9,933 nt of DNA from a virus (lineage: Duplodnaviria > Heunggongvirae > Uroviricota > Caudoviricetes): IMG/VR virus record IMGVR_UViG_2634166457_000012, positions 1 to 9,933 of that record; one strand, written 5' to 3'. Below the pieces are notes generated by a model, which did no database searches, had not been told where the DNA came from, and saw nothing but the letters and a program-made list of their open reading frames with translations. Below are positions 7,231 to 9,933 of this stretch, piece after piece. Positions within the stretch are counted from its first letter, which is position 1, and each line of letters opens with the position of its first letter. The position numbers were made by a program, and so were the translations under genes.

Positions 7231-7808
7231 TATTGTGGGGCGACTGGCCACTCAACATCCGCTGCTACTGTTGTATCAACACGATTCAACAATACCCTAT
7301 ATGTCTTCCATGCAGCCAGTAACGATGCCTCTTCCTCCGTCGCAATATCCAAATCTACGGCATCCTGAAGTGGCGCAATATGCTCACTGGCTACCTGCAT
7401 CAGGCTGTTTTTTGTTTCTTCTGCCTCCCGTACCCGAAACAGTTTTTCTGCTTCTGCATCTTTCACCCAGGATGTGCCGTTCCACTTCTGACACTCTCCA
7501 TCCGGCGACAACCAGGTAACATTTTCCGGTAACGGACCGAGTTCAGAAATAAATAACGCGTCCCCTGATGCCACGTCATAAACCGTTTTACCCCGATGGT
7601 CTTCAACGAGATGCCACGATGCCTCATCACTGTTGAAAACAGCCACGAAGCCTGCCGGAATATCTGGTGGTGCAATATCGGTACTGTTTGCAGGCAGACC
7701 TGTATGAGGTGGAATGTATGCATCACCTTCCCCAATAAATTCATTAGTTCCGGCCAGCAGGTTATAAATTTTTATGGTCCGTGATTGTTCACTCATTCTG
7801 AAATCCAT
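7230..7808 (-). CDS. tfa: Tail fibre assembly protein (lambda Tfa / P2 gpG family), ~192 aa
   Basis: Translation ([97 protein letters not shown]...) is near-identical to phage lambda Tfa as I recall it. ATG 7808 with GAGGTG 5 nt upstream; the track start GTG 7814 is less likely. Confidence 0.9.
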   Translation of the reverse strand: MDFRMSEQSRTIKIYNLLAGTNEFIGEGDAYIPPHTGLPANSTDIAPPDIPAGFVAVFNSDEASWHLVEDHRGKTVYDVASGDALFISELGPLPENVTWLSPDGECQKWNGTSWVKDAEAEKLFRVREAEETKNSLMQVASEHIAPLQDAVDLDIATEEEASLLAAWKTYRVLLNRVDTTVAADVEWPVAPQ

Positions 7809-7816
7809 GTTCACCT

Positions 7817-8719
7817 CTACTTAATATCAGAGACAGAATATTGTTTATTGAGCGTATGGGTGGGAGTACCAATAACGATGCTACTTCCGTGGCTATGTGC
7901 GCCAGAGGTGACATTACCTACGGGATTTTCTGGATTAATCCGGTGTATATGCGAACCAGGGCGAAAACGGTTATTAGCCTGATGTTGTATCAGTACATCA
8001 TCAGCCTGATGTTCAGGGTTAATACAGACTTGCCCGGAACGAGAGCAACACGTCCGATAATCGCCACATCCAATATATTTAGTATCCGCATAACGGCAAA
8101 CGGAATTACCCGGACAGTATGCATATGTGCCAAATACTGCCGACTGGCGAGATTGTGCGTATTCCCAGTTAATTGATTCTGTTTTTTTATTAAAGTTATC
8201 CCATGCCTGCTTCATCTGTCGGGCAACACTTTCAAACGGCACCTGACCACATCCGGCCCCCATTGCAGGGAATACCACTGTTTTTATTTTCATGTCTGTC
8301 GTTGCGTTTTTATTGTGTTGAAAGATGGCAAGCAGAGCGGCCCAGGTTGCGTTATATACAGCGTCTGTTCCGTCAATTGTCAACGGAACACGCATTGTTG
8401 GCGCATGTACCAGCCAGGGGTGATGATTATGCCCCGTTTCAATGACAAATGCAGAACCTACAGGCTGTTCGCCGAGATATTCACGAAGAATATGATTCTG
8501 AACGCGGGACTGTAACTGAGTACCGAAGAATGCGGTAATGGCGGCATCAACGCCACCATCCATCAAGCCGAAACTATTTGCCGCACTTACCATGCAGTCA
8601 AATTCTCTGATTGTTTCAAATGGCTTTCCGACAATATTCACACTATCTGCATTTGCAAATACCTGCTTAAATGCTTCAGCCATTTCTGTTACTGGTGCAG
8701 AAAGAATGAGCGTAATCAT
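7817..8719 (-). CDS. Macro-domain protein (predicted ADP-ribose-binding / ADP-ribosyl hydrolase) with Cys/His-rich C-terminal extension, 300 aa
   Basis: N-terminal ~180 aa carry macro-domain motifs in the correct order: [26 protein letters not shown] (compare VNAAN..L.GGGGVDGAIHRAAG), [25 protein letters not shown], and [22 protein letters not shown] (compare FPAISTGVYGYP). ATG 8719..8717 overlaps the stf stop (ATGA) with GAGG 5 nt upstream. Stop TAG 7819..7817 lies 8 nt before the tfa ATG. Coding call is strong; the functional call is from motif recognition only. Confidence 0.7.
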   Translation of the reverse strand: MITLILSAPVTEMAEAFKQVFANADSVNIVGKPFETIREFDCMVSAANSFGLMDGGVDAAITAFFGTQLQSRVQNHILREYLGEQPVGSAFVIETGHNHHPWLVHAPTMRVPLTIDGTDAVYNATWAALLAIFQHNKNATTDMKIKTVVFPAMGAGCGQVPFESVARQMKQAWDNFNKKTESINWEYAQSRQSAVFGTYAYCPGNSVCRYADTKYIGCGDYRTCCSRSGQVCINPEHQADDVLIQHQANNRFRPGSHIHRINPENPVGNVTSGAHSHGSSIVIGTPTHTLNKQYSVSDIK

Positions 8720-9933
8720 GCAAGCCTCACAATATAGTTAAATGCGATGTTTTTTACGGTGTTTTCTGCGTTACCCGTAGCGTTAACGGTGATGGTATGC
8801 CCGTGTGAACCTATCGCAACGGAGTGTGTGTGTGCGCCAATATTTACTGTGTGAGAGTGCCCCCCTGCGTTACTTGTTTTTCCAGTGCCAAGCCCTGAGT
8901 TATAACCAGCCGAAACACCATTACCAGCGCCAGTGTTGCCAACAGGAATATTGTGTGAATGATCCCCGGCGCTATTCGTGGTTTTAGTGCCATGGTTAAA
9001 TGAACTGGACGTCTTGGTGCCGTAGTCAAATGATGATGTGGTTTTTGTCCCCAAGTCCGTACTGGACGCGCTGGCACTGTGGGAGTGTGATTTAATGCCG
9101 TCCTGTTCCTGAGATAATACGGCCCGACCACTGGCGGGTTTGCCCTTAATCGTCCAGCCACGCATATCAGGGATCACACCAGACGGATAAGCGACTGCAA
9201 GCAGGGGGTAGACTGTTTTATCAAAAGTCTGCCCCTGCATAACGGTGTAGCCTGTAGGCACTGAATCAGAAGGCCACGGTATCGCCGCACCTACCGGAAA
9301 TGAATCTTGTGGCGTCCATGGTGTCCAGTCACCCGTTGAGTACTGGCTGCGGGTATAGCTTCTGGATGTGTCATACACATAGTAAATCTGTGTTATCCCG
9401 GCATTTTTAAGCACAACCAGTGTACCCGCAAAATTCTCCGGGTATTTCAGCGCTGCGCTTGTATTGGCATTCAATGGCTGATGGTACAGCCCCGGTGTTT
9501 TGTAATTATCCAGATTCTGATTTGCACCAATCTCAATACTCTGGCCGTTAAAAATATCCTGCGATGTAACATTGACATCATTGGCTAGTGATTTGCCATT
9601 AACCTTACGTCCAGAGGGCACACGCCCGTTTGCATTGTCATTAGCGGCTTTCACCGCTTTCGGAGTCGCGGCAAGCGTTTCAGAATCACTGTTAGTGACG
9701 CTACTGAGCTGGACTATTCCTTTTCGTGCCGTCGTGGCGTCCTGTGCGGTATATTTCCCGTTAGCAAGGTCATAGGCTGCCTTTACCGCCTTTGGTGTTG
9801 CCGCCAGCGTTTCTGAATCGCTGTTGGTGGCGCTACTGAGCTGGACTATTCCTTTTCGTGCCGTCGTGGCGTCCTGAGCGGTATATTTCCCGTTAGCAAG
9901 GTCATATGTTGCCTTTACCGCCTTTGGTGTTGC
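8716..9933 (-). CDS. stf: Side tail fibre protein (lambda Stf-like), C-terminal ~405 codons; N-terminus lies beyond the window end
   Basis: Frame is open to the window edge with no start codon. Contains 44-aa tandem repeats [34 protein letters not shown](A/V)TNSDSETLA characteristic of enterobacterial phage tail fibres. The His-rich C-terminus [28 protein letters not shown]...[11 protein letters not shown] matches the lambda Stf tip. The track ORF 8716..9654 is the same frame cut at an internal GTG. Confidence 0.9.
   Translation of the reverse strand, partial: ATPKAVKATYDLANGKYTAQDATTARKGIVQLSSATNSDSETLAATPKAVKAAYDLANGKYTAQDATTARKGIVQLSSVTNSDSETLAATPKAVKAANDNANGRVPSGRKVNGKSLANDVNVTSQDIFNGQSIEIGANQNLDNYKTPGLYHQPLNANTSAALKYPENFAGTLVVLKNAGITQIYYVYDTSRSYTRSQYSTGDWTPWTPQDSFPVGAAIPWPSDSVPTGYTVMQGQTFDKTVYPLLAVAYPSGVIPDMRGWTIKGKPASGRAVLSQEQDGIKSHSHSASASSTDLGTKTTSSFDYGTKTSSSFNHGTKTTNSAGDHSHNIPVGNTGAGNGVSAGYNSGLGTGKTSNAGGHSHTVNIGAHTHSVAIGSHGHTITVNATGNAENTVKNIAFNYIVRLA
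9655..9933 (-). repeat. Tandem direct repeats, period 132 bp (44 codons), at least 2 copies in window, within the stf coding region
   Basis: GCTACTGAGCTGGACTATTCC occurs at 9700 and again at 9832; GCCTTTACCGCCTTTGGTGTTGC at 9779 and 9911. Copies are near-identical over ~90 bp, and the copy nearest the C-terminal part is diverged at one end. Confidence 0.85.

Noticed and set aside
6931-7251. 106-aa minus-strand ORF in the AT-rich region
   Set aside because: Antisense to the acetyltransferase and extends through the terminator hairpin; no RBS.
8182-8188. Homopolymer T7 (A7 on the coding strand) at the junction between the macro domain and the Cys-rich module
   Set aside because: A 7-nt run is easily a chance event in AT-rich DNA and too short for reliable phase variation; no repeat array or other evidence of a contingency locus.
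8844-9161. 105-aa minus-strand ORF and several 60-111 aa plus-strand ORFs overlapping stf and the macro gene
   Set aside because: Alternative frames or antisense within well-supported genes.
1-9933. tRNA/rRNA genes, CRISPR arrays, integrase or attachment sites, DNA invertase (Gin/Pin-type) next to the fibre genes
   Set aside because: No cloverleaf-like conserved tRNA motifs, no regularly spaced direct repeats with spacers, and no recombinase-like ORF found in the window.

Overview
This window is a mosaic prophage tail region, probably from an E. coli-like enterobacterial genome. At the left edge a partial IS30 (minus strand) is inserted into codon ~90 of a P2 gpD-like baseplate-hub gene. A P2-like contractile-tail block follows on the plus strand: sheath FI, tube FII, chaperone E with a -1 frameshift extension E', tape measure T and gpU. 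Downstream sits an AT-rich hexapeptide acetyltransferase moron with its own near-consensus sigma70 promoter and a terminator. Convergent on the minus strand are lambda-like fibre genes: stf (partial, 44-aa tandem repeats, HxH C-terminus), then a 300-aa macro-domain ORF, then tfa. The most unusual element is that macro-domain ORF, wedged with translational coupling between the tail fibre and its assembly chaperone. All calls rest on reading the translations and motifs by eye; no database search or computation was possible.
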